Part shown: positions 45,338 to 57,409 of the stretch, piece after piece
Layout: each line of letters opens with the position of its first letter
How positions within the stretch are numbered: position 1 is the stretch's first letter
NCBI GenBank assembly: GCA_000004985.1
Contig: GG738856.1
Source of the DNA: Naegleria gruberi
Taxonomy: Eukaryota
Direction: 5' to 3' (one strand)
DNA: 64,000 nt
Made by a program: the position numbers and the translations under genes
Notes under the pieces: generated by a model
Databases searched by the model: none
Told to the model about the DNA's origin: nothing
The model's input: only the letters and a program-made list of their open reading frames with translations

Positions 45338-45457
45338 GGCTACGGCCATATCACGATGAATGCACCTCATCCCGTCCGATTTGAGAAGTTAAGCATCGTC
45401 GAGCCACATCAGTACTGAGGTTGGAGACAACTTGGGAACCTGTGGTGCTGTAGTCTT
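45338..45457 (+). rRNA. 5S ribosomal RNA gene, copy 4 (variant 'gatgaatgcacc')
   Basis: Same 5S sequence with a T-run terminator. The upstream flank lacks the 36-nt conserved block seen at copies 2 and 3. Confidence 0.9.
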
Positions 45458-45515
45458 TTCTTCTTTTGCATCAATTGTTGTTTATTCAAAATAACATTGT
45501 CCCAAGTGAAGTGAT

Positions 45516-46538
45516 CTATTTTTTATTGAGGAGTGCAAGTTCACTGACAGAAAGATAATTTCTATTAATGTTCAGTTTAGTCAATTGTTGCATTTCTCCT
45601 AAATATTTAGCTCCAGCAGGTCCAATTAAATTATTGCTAATATTGAGAATGGTCAATTTTTCCATTTTGCTTAGATATATAGCTCCTTGATTGCCTATCT
45701 CATTAAAACTGATATTCAGATTCGTCAGTTGTGGAAGTTTACTTATTAAATCAGCTCCGTTATCATAAACAAAATTCTTTGAAATGTCCAAAACTCTCAA
45801 GTTTTTCAATTCACTCAAATATTTAGCTCCCTTGTCGCCAATATTATTTCCATTGGTATCAAGACTAGTCAATTGTGACATTTCACTGATGAATTTTAAT
45901 CCTTCATTCGATATTTGATTTGAACTAATATCTAGAATTGTCAATTGACTTGAAATTTCACTAATACTCTTTGCACCTTCCATGCCAATCATATTATTGG
46001 AAATATTGAGAGTGGTCAACTGTTTCATATCACTTATTGATTTAGCTCCTTCAGGTCCAATTTCATTTGAGTTAATTTTAAGATTAGTCAATTGGTCCAA
46101 TTTTGATAAATATTTAGCTCCCTCAGGTCCAATATTATTTTGACTAATATTAAGAAAAGTCAATTGATTCAATGCACTGACATATTTTGCACCTTTATCA
46201 TCAATCATTGAACAGTTTCGAATATCAAGAAAAGTCAATTGTTTCATCTTTCCAATAATTTGATAAAACATTTCACCAGGTTTTCTTTCAACACAAACTC
46301 GAAATTGAACAATATTCGATAAAAACCGACTCGGAAGCAAATCATCAATGTGTTCTCGTTTTTTTTCAAATTTCAATTCAAGTTTCGAATACCATTGAAT
46401 GACATTCATCCACTGTTTAGAGACCAATGCATAATTCATCACAATAAATTTAAAATCTTGATCGCATGATCTGAGAATTTCATAAATTATTTCGTCAGGA
46501 AGATTGTTTTTAACTGCTGCTTTCATGTTTTCACTCAT
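45516..46538 (-). CDS. F-box protein with RNI-like leucine-rich repeats
   Basis: The N-terminus 'LPDEIIYEILRSCDQDFKFIVMNYALVSKQW' is an F-box. It is followed by at least 9 units such as 'LTFLNISQNNIGPEGAKYLSKLDQ'. Confidence 0.8.
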   Translation of the reverse strand: MSENMKAAVKNNLPDEIIYEILRSCDQDFKFIVMNYALVSKQWMNVIQWYSKLELKFEKKREHIDDLLPSRFLSNIVQFRVCVERKPGEMFYQIIGKMKQLTFLDIRNCSMIDDKGAKYVSALNQLTFLNISQNNIGPEGAKYLSKLDQLTNLKINSNEIGPEGAKSISDMKQLTTLNISNNMIGMEGAKSISEISSQLTILDISSNQISNEGLKFISEMSQLTSLDTNGNNIGDKGAKYLSELKNLRVLDISKNFVYDNGADLISKLPQLTNLNISFNEIGNQGAIYLSKMEKLTILNISNNLIGPAGAKYLGEMQQLTKLNINRNYLSVSELALLNKK

Positions 46539-46626
46539 TTTTTCAAATTCGAAATTGACATGATTTGTGAATTAAACTTTACCTAAGGTTTGTTCTACAG
46601 AAAGAATAAAAGGTGTATTATTCTAA

Positions 46627-46697
46627 ACTTAATGTAGGGGCGGTGGTGTAATGGTAACATCGCAGCCTCCAAAGCTGTGGCCGGGGGTTCGATTCCC
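46627..46697 (+). tRNA. tRNA-Trp (anticodon CCA)
   Basis: GGGGCGGTGGTGTAATGGTAACATCGCAGCCTCCAAAGCTGTGGCCGGGGGTTCGATTCCCCCTCGCCCCC. The anticodon loop is CTCCAAA with U33, the T-arm is GGGGG/TTCGATT/CCCCC, and the acceptor stem is 7 bp. Confidence 0.85.
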
Positions 46698-49002
46698 CCT
46701 CGCCCCCTACATTTTAATTTTCCCAACATTTTACTTGATGCGCACTAACAATTAGACCATTCATCCTTCGTTTACATAAAATTTATTGTAATTTTTCATC
46801 AATCAAGATCGTGTTGTATTAACATCGGTTCAAAATAATTCCATCATCTAACCTTGATTAGTCAATAAGCCAATCCATTTGATCAATTTCCGAAACTATT
46901 TTCTCTGAATTGGACCATCAAATCAACACGTTGTAGGACTCTCGATATTGTTAGGGTAATAAAGAGAGATTACAACTTGGTTGACTGCATCATCTACACG
47001 GATGCGAAATGGAGAAGAGCATTTTTGGTTTTCTTCAGGTTAAACTGTTTCTGTATGCGAAAATCAAAGCTTTGAAGTTTATCCAATTAATCCTCTGTAG
47101 TGTGTGCTTGCATATATTTGTATATTGGATTTTATACAATGAAATTGTAATCTAATTACTGTAGTGGTAGATTATTCGTGCAGAAGATAGCTAGTGAGGG
47201 TGTTTTTCCACATTATCTTGGCGAAGAGGTAATATTTCTTTAGGTCAAACTTATTCGAAACAAGATTGCCTAGATTCGTCTGCTAATGGTCATGTTATCT
47301 AGTTACTGTAAATGATGAAGATGATATTATTAAGTAATTAAACATTCTCATTTCCATCTCATTTCAATGATTTCTGAATGAGATTTCATGCTTTAAATTA
47401 TTAGAAACGTTTCGTATTTGGATAAAAGAAAATTTTGTACATTTTCAATCATCTAGGAATGGATGTCTCCAAACCTTATAAAGCTCCTTTTTTAATTGGT
47501 CATTTGGGTGAGAAAATTACTTTTGTGAATGTGTGAAAACTTTACAATAATTTACAGTTGGTGGAATAGTTTACAGTGTGTGGAATGAACTGGTAAGGTC
47601 ACTGTTCTGTAGTTGATGATTACGTTCCGCTTTCAAACAGAGTAAATGAGTAAACGTTTATTCGATTCGAATAACATCAGTTAAAGAAATTGAGTCGTGC
47701 TAAGAAGTGTTGACAGCTGGCAGTTTCACTAATGTGTAAAAAGATAGTCATCTTTTACCAATTGTTGACAATTCCTAAAGAATCCTTTTAACTTTTTCAC
47801 ACTTGTGATGATTAGTATACAATATCTTCAATTCGAAATGATTCTCGACACGCTTAAATGACCCTGCTCTTTCACGATGCTCAAGAGAATCATCCTGCCG
47901 CTCAGAATCCTCAATATTTTTTACAATTTCACTTCTCAATTGTATACGAAACTGAAAGAATCCACATTTTACAATCAGAATCAGACGAATCATAAGGATG
48001 CCATTGAGCAATTAAGAATCGCGTATCATCACCATAATGATTGTAAGGAACACACCCAAATTCGCTACATCCCACTTTGCCAACAGGACGAATCCAAAAT
48101 TGTGTCATTCCAAAACAAGTCAATTAAATCCCATTAGTGAAAAAAGAATCCAAATTGACATGAAACCAATTAGCAAACAGATGTTGTTGAGATGAGAATC
48201 AGAAATGTAGCACCAAACCAAACACAACATATCAGAGATACAGAGTTTTAGATTCACAGAATTTAAACTTGGACTAGCTTATGAAAATAGAAACACTTTC
48301 AGATTACGTTGTGACGGTTTGGATTCGGTTGGGTTACTCCTGCAAGTCATCCAATTCCTAAAGTGAATGTTTGATTGTGTTTGCATCTCATGAGTTGATG
48401 GAACGAAACTATGAACTGTTTTGTTATGTGAATGAACTATCACATAATATTCGAAACCTTTCTCTTTTCTTTCGTCTACTTGTTTGTTTACATACAACAA
48501 CAACAAGAACATGATAAATGCATCAATTTGTAAAGCCAGTATAGACAGTACTCACCTGAATTCGTTCGAGGATAACCAAACTTTCAGATAATTACAAACT
48601 AGATCAAAGGACCGTACCTTCATGCCAAAACAAGTTTCACAACCCGGGGAAAGTTAACCGCCAACAGGAGGAATAACACATTCTAGCTGTTTGGCAACTT
48701 TTTCCCAAAACTTTCTCTATACCCACGAAATTTGCTTCAAACGTCAACTGCCACAAATCTAGAAGATAAATCGCAAATGTCATGTCTAGAAACATTCATA
48801 CACACCGACGCACCCTCTTGGAATCACCACTGAGTCGGCAAACACACGAAAAACTATTTGAATTTTGCATCCATTTGATTATTGTCATCATTAAAAAAAA
48901 CAACAACACATTCTTCTCTAGTTTAGTCAATTAGAGAATTAAACAAATAGATTATCCTAGTCCCTATTTTCAATACTTTCATATCTGATACTACCACTAA
49001 CC

Positions 49003-49749
49003 ATGTCCATTCTAACATTTAATGAACAAATGCCAATTACTCAACACCTGACAGGTGTCAATGTTGAATTTAATGATATGAATCAAATATTTGAACTGTT
49101 TGATAATGAATCATTTCTACCATCTACCTGTTCCCAATCTAATAACTTTTGTACATTAAAAGAGTCAGTTTCGATAACTAATCCAGACGAAACTCCTTTA
49201 CTTTCTCCATTCCAACAAGATAGCATGAATTTGATTGAACAAATCAATAATTTATTACATTATGAAAGAGTTTCGTACTCTGCAAGAAAGCAAAGTACAG
49301 ATATTGGCTTATTACAAGATGAAGAACTGTCAGAAATCAAAAAGTATTTCAATCATTCACCAATAATGCCAAAAGAAGAACCAGTGCCCACAAAAGATGA
49401 AATTTACAGACTCATTGATATTGAATTGAAAGATGTTCCTTCATCACTTGGTCTTGTATGGTCATCATTTAACATGCCAAATGCCAACACATCACAAATG
49501 TCTAATATTCATCCTAACAATTATCAACAAACTTTTGAATGCTCCTCCTCACCTTCATCAACAGCTTCAGTTGCGCAGTCCCCAACCACTGCCTCATTAC
49601 CAAAGAAAATTTCCAAAAAGAGAAAAAAGTCACCTGCCAACAACAAAACTACACAACAACCATACAGAGTGCGATTTGGTCACAATCTGTTTGAAGAAAT
49701 TGTGTTTAAGAAATCAAATCCTAATCAAAAGTTTATTATCTTTAAATAA
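49003..49749 (+). CDS. Hypothetical 248-aa protein with a basic C-terminal region (KKISKKRKKS...PYRVRFGHNLFEEIVFKK). It is isolated inside a ~6 kb gene-poor region.
   Basis: Uninterrupted ORF with an AT-rich 2.3-kb upstream region. No recognisable domain. Confidence 0.5.
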   Translation: MSILTFNEQMPITQHLTGVNVEFNDMNQIFELFDNESFLPSTCSQSNNFCTLKESVSITNPDETPLLSPFQQDSMNLIEQINNLLHYERVSYSARKQSTDIGLLQDEELSEIKKYFNHSPIMPKEEPVPTKDEIYRLIDIELKDVPSSLGLVWSSFNMPNANTSQMSNIHPNNYQQTFECSSSPSSTASVAQSPTTASLPKKISKKRKKSPANNKTTQQPYRVRFGHNLFEEIVFKKSNPNQKFIIFK

Positions 49750-50389
49750 ATTAACAAAACATCTTTTCACATGCTTTAGTTTCTTCTAGTTTCGAATAAT
49801 ACATTTGTATTCAGTTTCTTCAACATGTGTGAATTGTTTCTGATACAAGATTTTATTCAAGAGAGAAATATCTCAAAGTTAAAGAATACGCACTTATTGA
49901 ACTGTTTGTGTGAAGAATTCAATTAAACTCACAAGAAATAACGTTTGTGTATACAAGATTGGATGCATACCTCCATTTTTATTCGATAGTTTACCAATTT
50001 CTGTTTGATAGACCTCTTGAGATTGTGCGAATTGTTATAGATTTATTGAGAGAGAATCTCGACGAAACTAATCTATCAACTGTTGCGGCAATTTTCTTAC
50101 CAATATTAACTGATTTCTTTCGTATTGTCAATATTCGAAGTGGGAAACCATGTCATGATGGAATGCGTATCTTCAAGGTTTCAATCTCTCTCACACTTTA
50201 GTAGAATACTTTCGTCTTTTTTCAACAACATTCCAATAAAATTCATTTCAACCTTATTGAACGATGGATTACGTTGGAGAAAAATATTTACGCACATCCA
50301 TTTTGGTTAGTGAATACGAACAGGTCACAGATTCACAAAAAATCAAGTTCACTTATTCTGCTGACTTGTTTCATCAACTTGTTGTAAGA

Positions 50390-52830
50390 AACTACAGTAA
50401 ACTGTAAAACTGTAGATGAGAATTTTGAAAAAAGTTGATTATCATTGTAATCTTTAATTCTCATACTCGTACATTCGGTAGGGGTACGCCTCCAACTTAT
50501 TCAACTTTCGAATAAGAAAGTTCTGATCCAAAGTGGAAGATTGCTTACCTCAGAGTTATCTCAATTTGTGAGGCAATGACCAAAAACTTATAATCTTCTC
50601 TAGGATAACAATAATGCGCTAGGAAATAATCCAAGATTTGTAGAGTGTCTTTAATTTTTCCTTTTTTTCCTTTCTTTGAAGGATTCGAATAATGTTACTG
50701 GAAAATGTGCATGTTTGGATAATATTGGAGGAATTTAAATGTGCAGTAAGCACATGGATGAATTACAAGATTGAAGATAATCCAATATATGTATTCATGC
50801 TTACTGTACTTTCGATATGGTTATTGGAAACAACAGTGAAACTCTTTTCGAAAAGATTGATCTTCAAGATTCAAAGATTGACCTTGATATCTTTGTTTAT
50901 TATGGCAACTAACCAAGTGCATTATCTTTCTCATTTTTGCGTAATATTGCAATTCCTGGACTTTCGAATAGTGTAAAATAGAATGTAAGATTGTTACAAG
51001 GTTTTGGAATAATTAAATGCGCACTTGTGGTAGATTCTCATTTCCAGTTCAGCCAAATCTTTGAACAAATCTGTTCGAATCCTTTCTCGTCTTTACTGTA
51101 GATTTCACTGTAGTCAATTATGCAATGATTGTAAAGTTTATACAAGTTGACATTGTAATTGGGGTTCGATGAAGATCCAGGATTAAATCTCGCTCTACTA
51201 TTAGAAAGTTAGCTCGCACTCCAAATTTGATGAATGCACTTAAATAGTTTAGTTTCGGCAAGTGTATGTTAATGAGTGATGGCGTCAGTACAGCTATCAG
51301 GAAATTGAAATACTTGGTGTATAGTTGAAATCCATTAAGAATCATTTACAGTTTTTTTCAACTGAAGTGGGTGAAAGGATTCGCTCGTTGTACATTATTC
51401 GAAACCTGTAAATTAAACATAAAGGAAAATCTTAATTTGCAATAAAAATGGTAGCATTCGGCTCGGAATGGTGCTAGACTCCCGGGTATCAGTGAATTGT
51501 AGTTTCAGCTATTCTTTTAGCCTGTTTCTTCTCCTTTCGAATAAAATCTAGATACCTTTAATACAACACGATAACTCCAACAGTAACTACATAATGAATA
51601 TTTCATGCTATCACAATTCAGAAGATAATCCATCAAAGATATTTTTCTGCTCTTTCTACAACCTGTCTTGTTGCCAAATGTAAACAAGACGAAACTTGAC
51701 TAAATTGCATTTTTGTGAAGTTTAAACTTGGGTGCACATACTAGTTTGTAGCTTTACACCAATATTTTTGAGATACGAACGGAAGAAGTCGTACTAATTG
51801 GTAAAGATTCCCATTCACTATTGGAAAGGATTCAAAATCCCTCTCGAATTCGATGTTATTGAATAATTCCATTTAATTTTCATGAAACAAGTAAGGAAAT
51901 GAGAATATATCCTTGGTCGATTATGGATGTGCTGTCATTTTACTGTTAACATTATTATTGAGATTCGTCTTCGAGTACAGAAAGTCCAAACTTACTGTAG
52001 TTTTCGAAAATTGACGAAACAAACTAAATTAATTTCAGAATAGTCTCAATTCTCAGTACTCATAAAGTTTGAAGAATTTTAGTTAACTGTAGATGATGAA
52101 ATGGTAAAAAACTGTAAATTACAATTTGTAGATTCTCTTCCACATACGAAAGCGTAGGTCGAAAGTTTCATGCAACAAGGAATTTTTAGTTTATGTCACA
52201 AAACTCTTTAACATATCTTTCAATTTTGGAGATTGATAATTTTTGTGTATGGTTAAACAAAATTAGAACATTAGATGGCCTATACGAAACCTGTGTAAGG
52301 TTACCGAAAGTTTGAGAAGATATGTGAACGAAAGCGAGTAAACTGAAGTGATGGACTAAGTAAGCTGCTTACTGAGCAAAAGATGAAGGAACAGACGAAA
52401 ATTCGAATAGAATCATTCCATTTAATTTTGTTTTTATCTTTTGAAAAAGTTCATTAATTGAGGATGTTCAATGCAAATAGGTTGACTTAATTGAGGTTGA
52501 GAAAACTGTAGATTTGAAATCTACAGAAAATCTTTCTAATTGTTTCGCCAGTTCCACGTTTGGTGTTCCGTAATGTTCAGTTTCATTTATTCGAAAGTTA
52601 CAGAATATATCAGTGATCCAAGATAATGGATATTGATGCATTCCCAAAATATTGAATCCATCAAACTGTCATCTTTGTTAAATGTGTTGGACATACAATT
52701 ATGTTTACCTACCATTATAGAACATGTGATATGGTTGTAATCATCTAGTAGCATAAGAAAGGAAACTAATCTTGCGCTGTGAACTAAACGAACAATGAAC
52801 ATAATCCTTTCAATCTACAGTTATTTCTTT
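50390..52830. repeat. Cluster of short ACTGTAGAT / CTGTAG motifs and a perfect 21-nt palindrome in a gene-poor region
   Basis: AACTGTAGAT occurs at about 50413, 51098, 52086 and 52507. CTGTAG or CTACAG occurs more than 10 times. The palindrome CTGTAGATTTGAAATCTACAG is at 52509-52529. Confidence 0.5.
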
Positions 52831-52901
52831 ACCAATGTTTAATTACAGTTTTTTATTTGAGGGTTTTTACAAACTGGTTGGTTGGTTGACCATCTTCTCA
52901 C

Positions 52902-55900
52902 TTAACAATCCATCAACTCTTTCAACTTGGGATAGAATCCCAATAATCCCTCAATATCAATATGGGTATGTAAATTAGTCTGTTCTCTTATAATACTAGT
53001 CTTATTCAATCGTTTCAGGAAATCTGCATTATATCTTAATTGATAATGGGCATGCATTAGACATGAAATGTTAATTTCCACACATTGAGTGATGAATTCC
53101 TCATTGCAACGTAATTCTAGAACAGCATATTGAAGGGCAGTTTTGTCGTGGCGAACAGCTTCCAGGACTAGCTCTCTATCACTCCGTATTTCAAATGATC
53201 CATATTGTAATGGATTATATCGTTTTCCATCTGGTGTCAATTTCACATTTTGAACTGTATTCCACATAATTTCTCTATCCTTCAAGAAACAACAAGTGGC
53301 AACAAATTGAATTGAATCTCCATCATTTTTGACAGCTGCCAATACAACCTCTCTGTCAAGCTTGAATTGGGGTGGAACATGATTCAATACCATTCCATTT
53401 GTTGTAACGGATTCCAAAACAAAGTCACGATCATTTTGTAACTCTTCACTCGCATATAGGAAAGGAATTGAATCAGTTTTCATGGCTTTCAGTAGTATTT
53501 CCTTGTTGTGTTTGAATTCATTTTTAAATTCATCAGAAATGTAAACTATTGATTTTCCATTACTTTCCAATGCCTTCAATATAATATCCCTATCACTTCT
53601 CCATTTGAGTGGAAGTAATAATAAATCAAACTCTTTAGGGGAAATTTCCATGATAAATTCCTTATCAATCAAATCGTATGGTACATATCCAATATTGTTC
53701 ATGCTATTATTAACGGCCTTGATAGCATGCTTTCTGTTTCTTTTTACAGAATCAGGAAAAAGAAGCAGTAAACTCTCATTTTCAATACTTTTCACAAATG
53801 TAGAATCATCAATTTTTTCCATCATTTCTTTCTGTGACGAAAGATGCTGTGTTAATTTTGTTGCTACAGCTTTTGTAAACAACTCCAAGTCATGCATCAA
53901 ATGCTCTGAAGCAAATCCCAGAGAAGTAGGTTCTGAACTAATGGCCTTCTCTACAATTTCCCTATCACTTTTCAACTGTTCTGATGCATGTTTCAGTAAA
54001 TATCCATTGAATGAGACAGCGTTCATGATAATTTCTCTATCTTGACACAGTTCTTTTGAAATAAACTCAATAATACAAGGACTAACCTTAGAAACCTTCA
54101 AAACGAAATCTCTATTACTTCTCAATCGCTCGCTTGCAAATGAGAAAAATTTATAACCAGAATTTGAACATGCAGCAGCCATAACAATCTCTTCATCATC
54201 TCTAAAATCGGAAGCAAACTCTAAATTATTAGATGATCGCTTACAAGCTTCATAAACAAGCTCTCTATCCAATATTTCTACAAAAATATGCTTTAGAGAA
54301 CAATACATTCTAATGGCAATCAATGCTAGTTCTCTGTCACTACGTAGATATTTGGAAGCATATTGAAACTCATCACCATTTTGTTGAATAGATGTTAGTA
54401 CTATCTCTCTATCGTTTTTAAAATCTTGGATAACATTACGAATAATACCTGAATTTTTCACGGATTCTAAAATGAGTTCTCTATCCTCTTTTAATTCATA
54501 ACCTATAAAGGGATAAATATCTGAGCATGAATGCCTTATTGCTGTCATTATAATTTCTCTATTGTTTCTAAATTTCTCTGGTATGTATTTTATCATGGAT
54601 CCATCTCGATTAATTATATCATCTATTAGCCCTCTATCACTCCTTAATTCTTCTGATAAAAACTCAAAATTTCCAGAATCATATAGTAAGGCCTTGGTTA
54701 CCAACTCTCTTTCAGAACATAGCTCTTTGGAAGCCTTTTTCAACGCATCAGGATAAATTCTTACCGCTCTTATAATTAATTCTCTATCATTACTTAAACT
54801 CTCAGGAATTAGATCAAGAACTTTTTCATTGTGTGGCAGTAAATCCATTAATAATTTCCTATTGTTATAAATATCTTCACGTCCAACCTTTTCAAGGCAA
54901 TCCGGATCTATTTCAATAAACTTCAAACAAAGATCGTTACCTATGTTTCCTTCCATTGTCATTGAAAAAAAATGACTATAATCTGTAAACTTTTGAATCA
55001 GCCTCATTCTGAAATCTTCATCTTGTGCCAAAGGATAGTTGCAATATCTGATATAAAGAAATACTTGATATGCTGATGATGCACAGTCGTAGATGAAATC
55101 AGGGTTATCTTTAAATCTATTTGATAAATTAGTAACGATGCTCAATTGTTTTTTGAGTGCTATTGAAACTATTTCATCATCCTCTCGGATGTTGATAGGT
55201 GCATATGATAATGAGTGTGGTGATGATTTTACAGCTTCTATGGCGATTTCTCTGTCCTGCTGGAGATTCATTGTTAAATAATTGTAGCAATTACCCTTCA
55301 ATTTAACCATTTCGAGAACAAACTCTCTATCACATTTGAGTTCTGTAGATGCAAAATCAAAAGATAATCCTGAAGTTCTAACAGCTGATGATATAATCTC
55401 TCTATCATTTAACAACTCCAAAGGGGCATACTTAATTGCCAAATAATAAGTTTTCACAGAAATTAATACCAACTCTCTATCAATCAAATGTTGTGGTACG
55501 AATTTAATGGATGATCCCTTCTTTTTAACAGCATCCAAAACAACCCCCCTATCATTCTTCAATCGTGGTGATGCAAACTCAAGAGAATTAATATAGCTCT
55601 TCACCATCTTCCTTACAATCATCTCATCATCATGAAACTTGTCAAGAAATTTAAAAAAACTACATGGGCTATTATATGTTCTATCCCTTGCAATCATGAT
55701 TATCCTCTCAACGAACTCTCTATTACTCCTCAATTCCTCGCTCACAAACTCTACAGCACTTGCATCAACTTTAACAGCTCTAAGAACAACTTTCTCATCA
55801 TTTCTCAAATTTTCGGATGCAAACTCCAACAATGAACCATCCTTTTGCAGTGCACGAAAAAAAGCTAGCTTGCAATCATTGTCAGGAAATGGATTTTGTT

Positions 55901-56171
55901 CAATGTATTTCCTATTGAATATTGGATCATGTTTCAATTGTTCGATGTGTTTATATATTTGTTCGTTCTTTTCGATTCTTGTGGAAGAAACTTGTTGAAA
56001 ATGGTTAAGTGCTAATAAATTACAATCGTGAGGATGATGATCGTAGGAAAACTTGTTGGTCAATTTATCAAAGGCTACAATCAGCAAATCAGTGAAGGAT
56101 AATTGATGCATTTTTTTCAGGTTGGAAATTGAACATTTTGTAAACTGGAATAACAGTTTAGTAACAAACAT
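52902..56171 (-). CDS. Giant DUF4116-type tandem-repeat protein (~1089 aa, at least 25 copies of a ~36-aa unit)
   Basis: The unit is of the form 'LKNDREVVLxAVKxNGxxLxYASxEL'. Examples are 'LKNDRGVVLDAVKKKGSSIKFVPQHL', 'LLNDREIISSAVRTSGLSFDFASTEL' and 'LKSDREIVEKAISSEPTSLGFASEHL'. The single ORF is uninterrupted. Confidence 0.8.
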   Translation of the reverse strand: MFVTKLLFQFTKCSISNLKKMHQLSFTDLLIVAFDKLTNKFSYDHHPHDCNLLALNHFQQVSSTRIEKNEQIYKHIEQLKHDPIFNRKYIEQNPFPDNDCKLAFFRALQKDGSLLEFASENLRNDEKVVLRAVKVDASAVEFVSEELRSNREFVERIIMIARDRTYNSPCSFFKFLDKFHDDEMIVRKMVKSYINSLEFASPRLKNDRGVVLDAVKKKGSSIKFVPQHLIDRELVLISVKTYYLAIKYAPLELLNDREIISSAVRTSGLSFDFASTELKCDREFVLEMVKLKGNCYNYLTMNLQQDREIAIEAVKSSPHSLSYAPINIREDDEIVSIALKKQLSIVTNLSNRFKDNPDFIYDCASSAYQVFLYIRYCNYPLAQDEDFRMRLIQKFTDYSHFFSMTMEGNIGNDLCLKFIEIDPDCLEKVGREDIYNNRKLLMDLLPHNEKVLDLIPESLSNDRELIIRAVRIYPDALKKASKELCSERELVTKALLYDSGNFEFLSEELRSDRGLIDDIINRDGSMIKYIPEKFRNNREIIMTAIRHSCSDIYPFIGYELKEDRELILESVKNSGIIRNVIQDFKNDREIVLTSIQQNGDEFQYASKYLRSDRELALIAIRMYCSLKHIFVEILDRELVYEACKRSSNNLEFASDFRDDEEIVMAAACSNSGYKFFSFASERLRSNRDFVLKVSKVSPCIIEFISKELCQDREIIMNAVSFNGYLLKHASEQLKSDREIVEKAISSEPTSLGFASEHLMHDLELFTKAVATKLTQHLSSQKEMMEKIDDSTFVKSIENESLLLLFPDSVKRNRKHAIKAVNNSMNNIGYVPYDLIDKEFIMEISPKEFDLLLLPLKWRSDRDIILKALESNGKSIVYISDEFKNEFKHNKEILLKAMKTDSIPFLYASEELQNDRDFVLESVTTNGMVLNHVPPQFKLDREVVLAAVKNDGDSIQFVATCCFLKDREIMWNTVQNVKLTPDGKRYNPLQYGSFEIRSDRELVLEAVRHDKTALQYAVLELRCNEEFITQCVEINISCLMHAHYQLRYNADFLKRLNKTSIIREQTNLHTHIDIEGLLGFYPKLKELMDC

Positions 56172-56191
56172 TTAGAGTGTAACATGGAAGT

Positions 56192-57409
56192 TTATTGTTT
56201 CAAACATGCGTTGAAACCTTCATTTAATTCTTCATGATCCAAATATTTACCAATGAAAACAAGCTTGTTTGTTGTGTCATTATTCTTCCATTCACCAAAG
56301 AATCTCATATCTAAAAGACTGTGAACAGCTTGAACAACGAGAGGTTTTGCTTCTCCTACATTGAGGAATCCCTTAGTTCTATAAATGTCCAATCCTCGTT
56401 CAGTCAACAAGTCCAACAACCAATCCTCAAACTTTTCCTTATCAACAACACCAGGTTTGACAATGGCATATGAAGTGACCTCAGCATCATGATGGTCATG
56501 CTTGTGGTGGTGATCATGTTCTTCTTCATGTTGATGTTCATCCATTTCCTTCAACAAGTTTGGATCCATATTCAAAACTCTATCAATGTCAAATGCACGA
56601 ATATTCAAAATAAAAGACAAGTCAATCTTGGAATGGCTAGTTTCACAAATTGGTGACAAACCATTAATCTTTCTAATCTTTTTCAGAACCTTCTTCTTGG
56701 TATCTTCATCAATGAGGTCAACTTTGTTTACAATAATTCTATCAGCAAAGGCAACTTGATCTTCAGCTTCATTTTCTTCCTCTTCTTCTTCTTCTTCCTC
56801 TTCGCCATGTTTCTTTTCATGATGATGGTGATGTAAATGTTGAATAATATGCTTGCTGTCAACCACTGTAACAATACCATCAAGATAATATTCATTTCTC
56901 ACTTGTTCATCAAGATAGAAAGTTTGAACAATAGGACCCGGTAAAGCCAAACCAGTAGTTTCAATGCAAATATAATCAAACTTGTCCTTCTTTTGTGATA
57001 ACTTGGTCAAGGCTCCGATCAAGTCTCCTCTCAATGTACAACACAAACATCCATTACTCAATTCAACAACTTCTTCCTTTGATGTAACAATAAGAGCATC
57101 ATCAATCGATACTTCACCAAATTCATTTTCAATAATTGCAATTCTATATCCATGATTTTGAGAGAGAATATAATTCAATAATGTTGATTTACCTGCTCCC
57201 AAAAAACCAGTCAAGACTGTAACTGGAAGCTTCTTTGGTTTAGCTTGAGTAACAATAGGTTGTTGTGTAGCTGATTCCGATGATGATGTAGTTTGTTCTA
57301 GGTCGTTTGGTTTTTGCATCTTGTTGGCTGGTTCTTCAAGAGTTTGATGACTTGTATCGTTGTTGCTTCTTGTTGTTTGTTCTTCTTCTTCGTGTTGTCT
57401 CTTGGACAT
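56192..57409 (-). CDS. COG0523 (CobW/ZNG1-type) metallochaperone GTPase with His-rich and poly-Glu tracts
   Basis: The P-loop is 'VTVLTGFLGAGKSTLLNYIL'. 'GCLCCTLRGDL' is the CxCC metal motif. The switch region is 'ETTGLALPGP'. 'HHHHHEKKHGEEEEEEEEEE' and 'HQHEEEHDHHHKHDHHD' are also present. Confidence 0.9.
   Translation of the reverse strand: MSKRQHEEEEQTTRSNNDTSHQTLEEPANKMQKPNDLEQTTSSSESATQQPIVTQAKPKKLPVTVLTGFLGAGKSTLLNYILSQNHGYRIAIIENEFGEVSIDDALIVTSKEEVVELSNGCLCCTLRGDLIGALTKLSQKKDKFDYICIETTGLALPGPIVQTFYLDEQVRNEYYLDGIVTVVDSKHIIQHLHHHHHEKKHGEEEEEEEEEENEAEDQVAFADRIIVNKVDLIDEDTKKKVLKKIRKINGLSPICETSHSKIDLSFILNIRAFDIDRVLNMDPNLLKEMDEHQHEEEHDHHHKHDHHDAEVTSYAIVKPGVVDKEKFEDWLLDLLTERGLDIYRTKGFLNVGEAKPLVVQAVHSLLDMRFFGEWKNNDTTNKLVFIGKYLDHEELNEGFNACLKQ

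Noticed and set aside
48540-48580. U1-snRNA-like 5' end 'AGTACTCACCTG' (compare ATACTTACCTG)
   Set aside because: No stem-loop I sequence (GATCACGAAGG-like) or Sm site (AATTTGTGG) follows. On the opposite strand it simply reads as a CAG|GTGAGT splice-donor-like string. Probably chance.
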